Shown here: one piece after another, positions 1 through 7,529 of the stretch
How the letters are laid out: each line of letters starts with the position of its first letter
Numbering within the stretch: the stretch's first letter is position 1
Origin: a virus
Lineage: Duplodnaviria > Caudoviricetes
IMG/VR virus record: IMGVR_UViG_3300045977_000215
Coordinates: 1 to 53,292 of that record
Strand: one strand, 5' to 3'
DNA: 53,292 nt
Made by a program: the position numbers and the translations under genes
Notes under the pieces: model-generated
What the model was told of the DNA's origin: nothing
Databases searched by the model: none
What the model saw: the letters and a program-made list of their open reading frames with translations, nothing else

Positions 1-127
1 CAGGACGACGGGCGGCCGCTGGTGGATCAACTCATGGGAGATCGGTGATGGATCGGCTTCCGGATCTGACAGCGCTGCGCGACCTGTTCGACTACGACCC
101 GGATTCCGGCCAGTTGTTGTGGCGCGC
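1..127. repeat. Terminal direct repeat, left copy (circular assembly overlap)
   Basis: Identical to 53166-53292; the exonuclease stop and HNH start read continuously across the junction. Confidence 0.97.
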
Positions 128-539
128 GCGTGGCCGCAAACGGCGCCGTGGCTGCAAGGCGGGCACACCAGGGGCCAGGGGGTACATCTACGTCCCGGTG
201 CTCGGCCGACGCGTGAGGGCGCACCGGGTGATTTGGAAGTGGGCGCATGGTTGGGAGCCGCCAGAGATTGACCACCGGGACGGTAATCCCGCCAACAACC
301 GGCTCGCCAACCTTCGTCCCGCGGCGCATCGTCTCAACGTCCGGAACGCGCGTCGCCGGGCCGGTAAGTCACTCCCGAAGGGGGTCTCGTTCCACCGAGC
401 GAGCGGAAAGTATCAGGCCCGCGTGCGACTGGATGGGCGCTTGCACCATCTCGGCGTCCATGTCTCGCCGGAGATAGCCCACGCCGCCTATGCCGAGGCC
501 GCGCTCCGCCTTCATGGCGAGTTCGCGAGGATCGACTGA
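48..539 (+). CDS. HNH homing endonuclease with C-terminal AP2 domain
   Basis: AHRVIW...IDHRDGNPANNRLANLR (HNH_3 motif); KGVSFHRASGKYQARV...HLG...AHAAY...LHGEFA (AP2); ATG overlaps the upstream TGA. Confidence 0.93.
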   Translation: MDRLPDLTALRDLFDYDPDSGQLLWRARGRKRRRGCKAGTPGARGYIYVPVLGRRVRAHRVIWKWAHGWEPPEIDHRDGNPANNRLANLRPAAHRLNVRNARRRAGKSLPKGVSFHRASGKYQARVRLDGRLHHLGVHVSPEIAHAAYAEAALRLHGEFARID

Positions 540-1534
540 TGGCGTTCGAGTTCCGGCCAGCGACCCGCGAGAACGTCTCGCTCTTGATCGGCATCGCGGG
601 CCCATCCGGCAGCGGCAAGACGTATTCGGCGCTCCGCATGGCGCGCGGCATCGCCGGAGAGAAGCCGTTCGCCGTCATCGACACGGAGGCGGGCCGGGCG
701 CGTCATTACGCCGACCAGTTCCGCTTCGATCACGGCGACCTCCGGGCGCCCTTCCGGCCCGACGCCTACTTGGACGCCATCCGGGCCGCGGAGGAAGCCC
801 ATTACCCGGTGGTTGTCGTGGATTCCTTCTCGCACGTCCACGCGGGCGAGGGCGGGGTGCTCGACTGGCAGGAGGAGATTCTCGACGAGATGGTCGCGCG
901 CGCGCAGCAGCGGGGCCAGAAGCGAGCAGAGTGGGAACTCCGGGAGTCCTACAAGCGGTCCGCGTGGATCGAGCCCAAGATGTCCTACAAGCGGATGGTG
1001 CAGCGGCTCCTCCAGGTGCGGGCGCATCTCATCCTGTGCCTGCGCGCCGAGGACAAGATCGACTTCGTGAAGGGGGAGGACGGCAAGACGAAGGCCGTCC
1101 CGATGGAGACCCTCGCCGGATTCCGCGGCTGGATTCCCATCTGCGACAAGCGCTTGCCGTTCGAGCTCACGGCGTCCGTGCTCATGCTGCCGGACCGTCC
1201 GGGCGTCGCGATCCCCATCAAGGTGCAGCAGCAGCACCGAGAGATGCTCGCCAACGATGCGCCCGTGAACGAAGAGACCGGCCAGCGGCTCGCGGCGTGG
1301 GCCAAGGGCGCGCCGCCGGTCCCGGTCGAGGCGCCAGCGCCGACGGTGCTCGACCAGGTGCGCGCCGAGCTGGAGCGGCGGCACCCGGGCAACACGGACA
1401 AGGCCAAACAGTCGAGGGGGCTGCTGGTCGCGCGCGCCTTCGGCGTCGACTCGTGGGCCGCGGTCCAACGCATGGACCCGGCACTCCAGGCCGATGGGCT
1501 GGCGCGCCTGCGGGCGATCGAGGACGCGGCGTGA
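539..1534 (+). CDS. AAA_24/Sak4-like phage recombination ATPase
   Basis: Walker A GPSGSGKT, VIDTEAGR, Walker B VVVDSFSH; lies next to the RecE-like exonuclease across the origin. Confidence 0.85.
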   Translation: MAFEFRPATRENVSLLIGIAGPSGSGKTYSALRMARGIAGEKPFAVIDTEAGRARHYADQFRFDHGDLRAPFRPDAYLDAIRAAEEAHYPVVVVDSFSHVHAGEGGVLDWQEEILDEMVARAQQRGQKRAEWELRESYKRSAWIEPKMSYKRMVQRLLQVRAHLILCLRAEDKIDFVKGEDGKTKAVPMETLAGFRGWIPICDKRLPFELTASVLMLPDRPGVAIPIKVQQQHREMLANDAPVNEETGQRLAAWAKGAPPVPVEAPAPTVLDQVRAELERRHPGNTDKAKQSRGLLVARAFGVDSWAAVQRMDPALQADGLARLRAIEDAA

Positions 1535-1785
1535 CGCCCCGCGCACGGCCGCCACTCCGCACCGTGCGCGCCGGCGAGCATGCGGAACTCCTCGCGCGGC
1601 TCCACGCGGACGAGGAGGCCCTCCGCGCGCTGGTGACGGTGCTGGACGAGGCAGACCTGGCGCGCATCAGAATCTACTCCGTCGTCGGCGACCCGTCCGT
1701 GCGCGCGCTGGTGGTCACGCTCGTGGACCAGCTCGCCCCCGCCCTGCGCGCGGCGCACGAGGCGCTGGGGGACATCGCGCCGTGA
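1531..1785 (+). CDS. Hypothetical protein
   Basis: GTGA overlap with upstream stop; helical, GC3-rich codons. Confidence 0.6.
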   Translation: MTPRARPPLRTVRAGEHAELLARLHADEEALRALVTVLDEADLARIRIYSVVGDPSVRALVVTLVDQLAPALRAAHEALGDIAP

Positions 1786-1943
1786 TGCGATCGGCTACGC
1801 TCTCTCGCACCAGGATCCCAATCGACCGCGGGGATGGCGACGCCATGACCTTCCGCGACTTCGCCCGCTCGTGGGTGAGCTGTAGCGCCCACTCGCTCGT
1901 GTTCCCGTCCGCGGCGACCTTGGTCGCGCGGTGGAACACATGA
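1785..1943 (+). CDS. Small hypothetical protein
   Basis: Coupled by TGATG and ATGA overlaps on both sides. Confidence 0.4.
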   Translation: MRSATLSRTRIPIDRGDGDAMTFRDFARSWVSCSAHSLVFPSAATLVARWNT

Positions 1944-2254
1944 CCCGGTGCAAGGGCTGCGGCGCCGAGGTGCTCTGGCGCAAGACGCCGGCCGGGCGCT
2001 ACATCGCGCTCGACCCCGGGCCGGAGCTGTTCCTGCGCCTGATCCCGACTGCGGAGGCGACCGACGAGGAGCGCGCGGCCCCGCGCCGGACGATCGTGCA
2101 ACCAGACGTGCGCGTGGTGGTCGGCCACGAGGTGCCGTCGACGTCCACGCGCGGGGCGCCGGTGCGCGGGCGGATTGCGCACTGGGCCACCTGTCCACAG
2201 GCGAACGCATTTCGACGGAAGGAGACGAGCCCAGATGCCCAGACGCCGCAGTGA
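1940..2254 (+). CDS. Small putative Zn-binding phage protein
   Basis: CKGCGAEVLW..T..GRYIALDP ... HWATCP pattern. Confidence 0.7.
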   Translation: MTRCKGCGAEVLWRKTPAGRYIALDPGPELFLRLIPTAEATDEERAAPRRTIVQPDVRVVVGHEVPSTSTRGAPVRGRIAHWATCPQANAFRRKETSPDAQTPQ

Positions 2255-2388
2255 CGACGACGACCAACCGCCCCTCGTGCCGCTGAGCGAGGAGGAGATG
2301 CAGAAGGCCGGCAAGCGGCTGGCGAAGCTCACGGGCGAGCTGGCCGCGATGGAACTGGACCACGCGGAGATTCGCAAGGAGCAGAAGG

Positions 2389-2448
2389 GTGACGCTCCTC
2401 TCCTGCCGCGTCTACGGCCTGCCGGTCGCCCAGGGCCGCCCGCGATGA
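2389..2448 (+). pseudogene. RusA-like N-terminal relic
   Basis: GTG frame reads MTLLSCRVYGLPVAQGRPR-stop, resembling the RusA N-terminal G-x-P-V-x-Q-G-R-P-R motif. Confidence 0.55.
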
Positions 2449-3284
2449 CCAAGCGGGTGGACGACGGCGCCGTGATCGAGGCGTATCGGCGCACGGGGAG
2501 CGTGCACAAGGCCGCGCGTGAGGTTGGGCTCAATCACTCCTCTGTCCATGAGCGCCTCATCCGCCTGGGCCTGAACAAGCCCGCCAATATTCTCACTGGG
2601 GCTGAGGTGGAGCGGCTCCGGCTGGAATATCGCATCTTCCGGGACGCTGGCCGTCTCGAAGACCTTGCGCGATCCATGGGGCGCAACAAGACGTTTCTGT
2701 GTGCCCGCGCGCGCGCCCTCGGGCTCACGATCAGCCGTAATGGAGGACCGAGGCCGTGGCTCGGCAAGTGGAAGTACATGAGTGAGGAGGCGGCGGGCGT
2801 CCTGTTCGACCGATTCCGGCGGTCGAGCTTGGGGCTGGAGCGATTCTGCCGCAAGACACACTTCGACTCTCTCGGATTTAGTCGGACGATGCAGCGCCAC
2901 TTCCCGGCCGAATATGAGGCCGTGATCGAAGCAAAGGCGCCCCGGCAGACGCTCTACCGGCTCGGGCGCGCGTTTGAGTACCGCGTGCGGGATGACCTCA
3001 AGGGATACCACTACTTCGTGCTCCGATCCCCCCGATCGCTGTCCCCCGTCGACCTCGTGGCGATCCGGCGCGGGGCGGTGCTGTTCGTCCAGTGCAAGCG
3101 AGGTGGCGCACTCGGCGTCGGGGAATGGAACGAGCTGTTTGCTCTCGCCGGGTCGGTTGGCGCTATCCCGCTGTTGGCCGAGATGCCGGTCTCTCGGGGC
3201 ATCACATACTGGCGCCTCCTCGACTTCAAGGATGGGACGAAGAGGGCGCAGCCTCGCGGGGCCTACCAGCCGGAGCATGCGTAA
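2445..3284 (+). CDS. HTH-domain protein fused to Hjc-type (PD-(D/E)XK) Holliday junction resolvase
   Basis: N-terminal HTH (GSVHKAAREVGLNHSSVHERL); C-terminal GRAFEYRVRDDL...VLRSPRS.SPVDLVAIR...LFVQCK; frame is also open upstream to ATG 2235. Confidence 0.8.
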   Translation: MTKRVDDGAVIEAYRRTGSVHKAAREVGLNHSSVHERLIRLGLNKPANILTGAEVERLRLEYRIFRDAGRLEDLARSMGRNKTFLCARARALGLTISRNGGPRPWLGKWKYMSEEAAGVLFDRFRRSSLGLERFCRKTHFDSLGFSRTMQRHFPAEYEAVIEAKAPRQTLYRLGRAFEYRVRDDLKGYHYFVLRSPRSLSPVDLVAIRRGAVLFVQCKRGGALGVGEWNELFALAGSVGAIPLLAEMPVSRGITYWRLLDFKDGTKRAQPRGAYQPEHA

Positions 3285-3374
3285 ATGAGCAAGGGCTACG
3301 ACCTGGCGCCGGGGGTGGCGATCACGGTCACCCGGATTGTGGACGAGCCGGCGCTGGTCACGAGGACGCCATGA
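3285..3374 (+). pseudogene. RusA-like C-terminal relic
   Basis: MSKGYDLAPGVAITVTRI resembles the RusA C-terminal K-x-Y...P-G-V-x-I-T-V strand. Confidence 0.5.
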
Positions 3375-3526
3375 GCGATCGCGCCCACACGAAGACCGAG
3401 CATCCCTGCGAGGACTGCGGCCGGCCCTTCCTCGGCCTCCCCGTCGCGCGCTACTGCCCGGCGTGCCGCTGGCGGCATCTCACCGACCGCGGGCCGATCG
3501 CGGCGACCGAGGGGGTGTTCCGGTGA
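3371..3526 (+). CDS. Small zinc-finger protein
   Basis: CEDCGRPF...RYCPACR. Confidence 0.6.
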   Translation: MSDRAHTKTEHPCEDCGRPFLGLPVARYCPACRWRHLTDRGPIAATEGVFR

Positions 3527-3569
3527 GCGCCCGCCGCGCGCTGGGTCGGACCGGGGTTCGGGTGGGGCG

Positions 3570-3917
3570 ATGAGCTTCCCCGCGCGCTTCCCCGGCCGCT
3601 GCGCCCGCTGTGCCGGGCCCATCCGCATGGGCGAGCTGATCGACTACGACCGGGCCACCAAGAAGGCGTGGCACCCGTCGTGCCCGGAGCAGGGCGCGCT
3701 CCCGATGGAGGGGCGGGAGCCGGGCGAGGTGGTGGCACCGAAGAAGCGGGGGGCGGCTCGGCGGGCTCGATCGACGGGCGAGATCGCCGGCCCGCGCGTG
3801 GTGGAGGAGCACGGGCACGCGGACGTCGTTACCTGCGAGCACTGCGGAGGCTCCGCGGCGGGGCGGCCGGTTGTGCACGTGGACTGCGCGGGGCGGCTCG
3901 GGGAGGTGCCGTTCTGA
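3570..3917 (+). CDS. Zinc-ribbon hypothetical protein
   Basis: ARFPGRCARCAGPI..GE.I.Y...WHPSC; CEHC. Confidence 0.65.
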   Translation: MSFPARFPGRCARCAGPIRMGELIDYDRATKKAWHPSCPEQGALPMEGREPGEVVAPKKRGAARRARSTGEIAGPRVVEEHGHADVVTCEHCGGSAAGRPVVHVDCAGRLGEVPF

Positions 3918-3918
3918 G

Positions 3919-4794
3919 ATGGGGAAGACCTACGGCCAGCCCCGCTACCATGCGCTCTTCGATGACTTCTGGTTGGAGCCGAAGCTCGATGGGTGCTCGC
4001 TCGAGGAGCGTGGGTTCGCGGTGTTCCTCTTCTCCAACAAGCGGCTCCGGCCGTCTGGCATCTACCGCATGACCGACCTGCAGGCGGCCTCTGACCTCGC
4101 CATCCCGGTCAAGCGCGTCACGGCGTTCATGGCCGACCTTGCCCGTCGCCGGTTCATCGTCCGCGACGGGCTCTGGATTTTCGTCGTCGGCTACTTCGCT
4201 CTCCAAGCCAAGCAGCCCTTTCTGCTGAAGGGCGCCGAGTACGATGTCGGCGCGTGCGACTCCATTCCTATCCTGACCGCGTTTGGCGAGAAATATCAGC
4301 ATCATCGCCAATGGTCGCGCGACCGTCTCGCGACCCTCTCACTACGGTCGAAGGAAGATGCACCTTCACCTGCACCTTCACATTCACCTGCACCTAACAC
4401 ACATGTGGGCGCCGTCGGCAATCGCGGGGCGACCCTCGGCCCGAACGGGCGTGTGTGTGTGTCCACCGAGGATGGGTTCGATCGCTTCTGGGCACTGCTC
4501 CCGAGTGCCCGGAAGGTGAACAAGCCGGATGCGCGGAAGGCGTGGGCGGCGGTACAGCCCGACGCTGCACTCACCGAGAAGATCCTGACCACGCTGGCGG
4601 ACCAGCTCACGTGGCCGCACCTCTTGCAGGAGGACTTCCGGTATTTCCCGCATCCCCACCGCTGGTTGGCGAAGCGACGCTGGGAGGACGAGCCCGGGCA
4701 GCCGGACGGCCTGGAGCACAACCGCGGACAGTCGCGCCGGAGCGCGAACGCCGCGTGGGCCGGACGAACCGAGGCGAAGGACGTGCAGCTATGA
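3919..4794 (+). CDS. Phage replication initiator (replisome organiser)
   Basis: C-terminal FDRFWALLP..RKVNKPDARKAW...PHPHRWLAKRRWEDE; low-complexity central linker; directly upstream of DnaC-like gene. Confidence 0.8.
   Translation: MGKTYGQPRYHALFDDFWLEPKLDGCSLEERGFAVFLFSNKRLRPSGIYRMTDLQAASDLAIPVKRVTAFMADLARRRFIVRDGLWIFVVGYFALQAKQPFLLKGAEYDVGACDSIPILTAFGEKYQHHRQWSRDRLATLSLRSKEDAPSPAPSHSPAPNTHVGAVGNRGATLGPNGRVCVSTEDGFDRFWALLPSARKVNKPDARKAWAAVQPDAALTEKILTTLADQLTWPHLLQEDFRYFPHPHRWLAKRRWEDEPGQPDGLEHNRGQSRRSANAAWAGRTEAKDVQL
4359..4395 (+). repeat. Short tandem repeats (TGCACCT/TCACC) in initiator linker; candidate origin iterons
   Basis: tgcacct-tcacc-tgcacct-tcacat-tcacc-tgcacct. Confidence 0.4.
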
Positions 4795-5342
4795 CCGAGG
4801 AGCGAAATCCCTACGATGACTGGGACCGGAAGATGGGCCTGCCGCAGCGGTTGATGGCGGCCAGCCTCGCGCACTCGAGCCGGGAGACCGCGGCGTTGGA
4901 ACGCGTCCGACGCTACCTCGCCGACGAGTACAAGGCTGGCGCATGTCTGGTGCTGAGCGGGCCAACGGGCGTTGGAAAAAGCTGGGCCGCCGCAGCGTTC
5001 TTCCGCCACCTTGGCGGCGTGGCAAAGCGGTTCATGTATTTCCCGGGTCTGTGCGGCGCCTGGCTCGACCCGGAACGGAGGACGGACGCGCTGGAGCGCG
5101 CGAAGACGGCGCCGTTTGTGGTCTACGACGACTTTGGGACCGAGTACGCGAAGGAGGGCGGGTTGGTCGACGCCTTCCTCGACGAGATGATCTGGTACCG
5201 AGAGGCCGAGGCGCTGCCGTGCATGTTCACGACGAATCTCACCTCCGAGCAGTTGCGCAAGCGGTTGCCGGATCGGCTCATTGACCGGATGCGGGGCGAT
5301 TGGGGGCACGTGTTCGAGTGTCCGGGCGAGAGTCTGCGGTGA
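4791..5342 (+). CDS. DnaC/IstB-like helicase loader ATPase
   Basis: GPTGVGKS, VVYDDFGTE, FTTNL...RLIDRM. Confidence 0.88.
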   Translation: MTEERNPYDDWDRKMGLPQRLMAASLAHSSRETAALERVRRYLADEYKAGACLVLSGPTGVGKSWAAAAFFRHLGGVAKRFMYFPGLCGAWLDPERRTDALERAKTAPFVVYDDFGTEYAKEGGLVDAFLDEMIWYREAEALPCMFTTNLTSEQLRKRLPDRLIDRMRGDWGHVFECPGESLR

Positions 5343-5508
5343 AACGCCTGAGCGCCGCGGTGGTGCAGGAGCGCGCGCCGCGATGACCCGAGCGAGCGAG
5401 TCGCCGAGGGCGGGGGCCCCTGGCGATCGGGAACGAGCGGCGGCTCAGGGCGGCCGAGTTCCGGGAGCAGATGGCGCGCATCATGACGCGAGGAATGAGG
5501 AGTCAAGC

Positions 5509-5682
5509 ATGACCGACACCGAGACAGTCTGGCTCGTCTGGTCCGGCGAGTACGACGCTCGTGGCGTGCTGTTCGTCGCCACGACGCTGGAAGCCGCCGT
5601 CGCCCACCTCAAAGCCATCTATGCCACCCCCGACGTGGGGACCTGGGGTGCGGTGGGAACCCAGGACGATGCCAGGACGTAG
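5509..5682 (+). CDS. Small hypothetical protein
   Basis: GAGGAG RBS; VWLVWSGEYD..GV. Confidence 0.55.
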   Translation: MTDTETVWLVWSGEYDARGVLFVATTLEAAVAHLKAIYATPDVGTWGAVGTQDDART

Positions 5683-6142
5683 AACCCTCCGCGGCTCGTA
5701 TCCCCGTACCCTGGGAAACCACTCCGGCTGGCGAGGACGCGAATGGCGTAAGCGCTACCGGGCCCTCCTCCGGCAGTTTCCCGCCATCGAGCCCTCAGAA
5801 CATCTCCGCCTGGAGGCCTCCCGCGTCGCCGCCAGGTGGGTCATCTGGATCGACTCCCAGATGGACCTCACCAACGCCCAACATCGTAAAGAAACAGGCA
5901 AAGGTAGGCGCTCTACACGACAGGAAATACGCCAACTCCAGAAGCGCGAAGGCCTCAATGATGACGCCTACCAGAAAGCGTTGGGATGGCTGACTCAAGC
6001 ATCAGTTGCTGCCTATGAAGGGCCCCGACCAACGACAGGAGCCGAGTTGCTATCCAACGGCGTTGCGGAAAGACATGATTCAGCACACAAGGTGTATGAT
6101 AATAAAGCAACGTCAAATCAGGAGGATACAAATGCGGAATGA
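5669..6142 (+). CDS. Hypothetical protein, possible terminase small subunit
   Basis: Basic N-terminus and helical body; only candidate of suitable size upstream of TerL; positional inference. Confidence 0.35.
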   Translation: MPGRRTLRGSYPRTLGNHSGWRGREWRKRYRALLRQFPAIEPSEHLRLEASRVAARWVIWIDSQMDLTNAQHRKETGKGRRSTRQEIRQLQKREGLNDDAYQKALGWLTQASVAAYEGPRPTTGAELLSNGVAERHDSAHKVYDNKATSNQEDTNAE

Positions 6143-6148
6143 CGTTGC
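6046..6148. promoter_or_regulatory. Putative res site / autoregulated resolvase promoter
   Basis: AT-rich island with repeated GTTGC/GCAAC half-sites; perfect inverted repeat GCAACGTCA (6107-6115) / TGACGTTGC (6140-6148) flanking RBS and ATG; TATGAT at 6095. Confidence 0.55.
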
Positions 6149-6716
6149 GAATGTGGGGGGGTTTATCGGCTACGCCAGAGTCTCCACGCATGACAAGCAG
6201 GACGTCTCCCTCCAGGTCGACGCCTTGCGGTCGGCTGGGTGCGAGGTCATCCACGAGGAGAGGGCCTCGGGTGGACGTAGGGATCGGCCAGTCCTCCTCA
6301 CGGTCTTGGATGGTCTACGTCCAGGGGATGTCCTCACGGTGTGGAAGCTCGACAGGCTCACCCGTTCACTCTCGGACATGCTCTGGCTGTTCGAGCGCAT
6401 CCATGCCGCGGGGGCTGGCTTCCGATCGCTCACCGAGGCCATCGATACCACCACGCCGGCCGGCCAGATGCTCGCCCACATGCTCGGGGCCTTCGCCCAG
6501 TTCGAGCGGGCGATGATCACGGAGCGGGTGCGGGCAGGCGTCCAGGCCGCCAAGGCTCGGGGCGTCCAGCTCGGGCGCAAGCCAAAGCTGGGCTACCACC
6601 AGCAGCAGGAGGCCAAGCGGCTGATCGTGGCGGGACAGAGCCAAGCATCGGTGGCTCGCCTGCTCGACGTCGACGCCTCGACGATCTGCCGGCTGGTCGC
6701 GCGCGCCGGGGCATGA
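6132..6716 (+). CDS. Small serine recombinase (resolvase/invertase family) with C-terminal HTH
   Basis: IGYARVST..Q..SLQVDAL, GDVLTVWKLDRLTRS, FAQFERAMITERV..G...A..RG...GRKP; GGAGG RBS. Confidence 0.95.
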   Translation: MRNDVANVGGFIGYARVSTHDKQDVSLQVDALRSAGCEVIHEERASGGRRDRPVLLTVLDGLRPGDVLTVWKLDRLTRSLSDMLWLFERIHAAGAGFRSLTEAIDTTTPAGQMLAHMLGAFAQFERAMITERVRAGVQAAKARGVQLGRKPKLGYHQQQEAKRLIVAGQSQASVARLLDVDASTICRLVARAGA

Positions 6717-6788
6717 CCACCCCCGCCGGTCGTTCTTGGCCGAAACGCGGCTGTGCGAGTCAATACCCTTTTTTTCCGGAGGCTTGGG

Positions 6789-7193
6789 ATGCGTCAGACG
6801 AATGAGCAGAGGGAGTACCGGGCGGAGTTGGAGGGGCATATCAGGCAGTCCGGCGAGCGGTGGCGGATACGGAGAGACGACGAGGGATATGCCTACATTC
6901 CCGGTAAGTATGGGCGGATTGAGTATTACGGGGCGGACGGGGATGGCGTGAGGAGGCTGCGGGTCTACACGCACAGCATGCGGGTGGAGAGGGCGCTGGA
7001 GAGGATGGGGGGGCTGAGGGTGCAGCAGCGTGGCGACCACGAGGCTCGGCTGTCGTGGAACCCCCGTACAGAGGCAGATGCTGGGGCGCTGATGGCGGTC
7101 TGCGCGTCGATCAAGGCCCGGGTACGGCGTCGGAGCACTTTGGGGCCCGGAACCCATCCTGTACGGGGGTTTGGGGTGGCGAGGGGAGTATGA
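6789..7193 (+). CDS. Hypothetical protein
   Basis: GGAGG RBS; ATGA coupling to next gene. Confidence 0.65.
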   Translation: MRQTNEQREYRAELEGHIRQSGERWRIRRDDEGYAYIPGKYGRIEYYGADGDGVRRLRVYTHSMRVERALERMGGLRVQQRGDHEARLSWNPRTEADAGALMAVCASIKARVRRRSTLGPGTHPVRGFGVARGV

Positions 7194-7417
7194 CGTGGCG
7201 CGCCTGGTCACCTCCGGCGATTCCGTGGCCGCTGGAGCGATGGTACACGGTGGCCGAGGTGGCGGCGCAGCTGGGGCGGAGTTCATCGCGGGTCTTGACG
7301 CTGATCAAGCGGCACAATCTGCCGCGGCGAAAGGTCCGCCAGGGGAAGCATCCCCGGCGAGTGGTGGAGGTGAAGGGGACGACGTTGCGGAGGCTGCAGG
7401 AGATCACGCGGCGATGA
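7190..7417 (+). CDS. Small winged-HTH (excisionase/MerR-like) DNA-binding protein
   Basis: WYTVAEVAAQLGRSSSRVLTLIKR. Confidence 0.7.
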   Translation: MTWRAWSPPAIPWPLERWYTVAEVAAQLGRSSSRVLTLIKRHNLPRRKVRQGKHPRRVVEVKGTTLRRLQEITRR

Positions 7418-7529
7418 CGATGTCCCCATACGGGATCACCCTTCCGCTCACGCATGCACTGACCCATTCGCCTACCCCTAGCATTCTGACGTAGTCTCCC
7501 GCCTACCACCTGTGGCATACGCGTAGAGC

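Noticed and set aside
6132-6716. Gin/Cin-type tail-fibre inversion system
   Set aside because: The recombinase is far from the fibre genes, and I saw no inverted crossover sites or reversed fibre cassette
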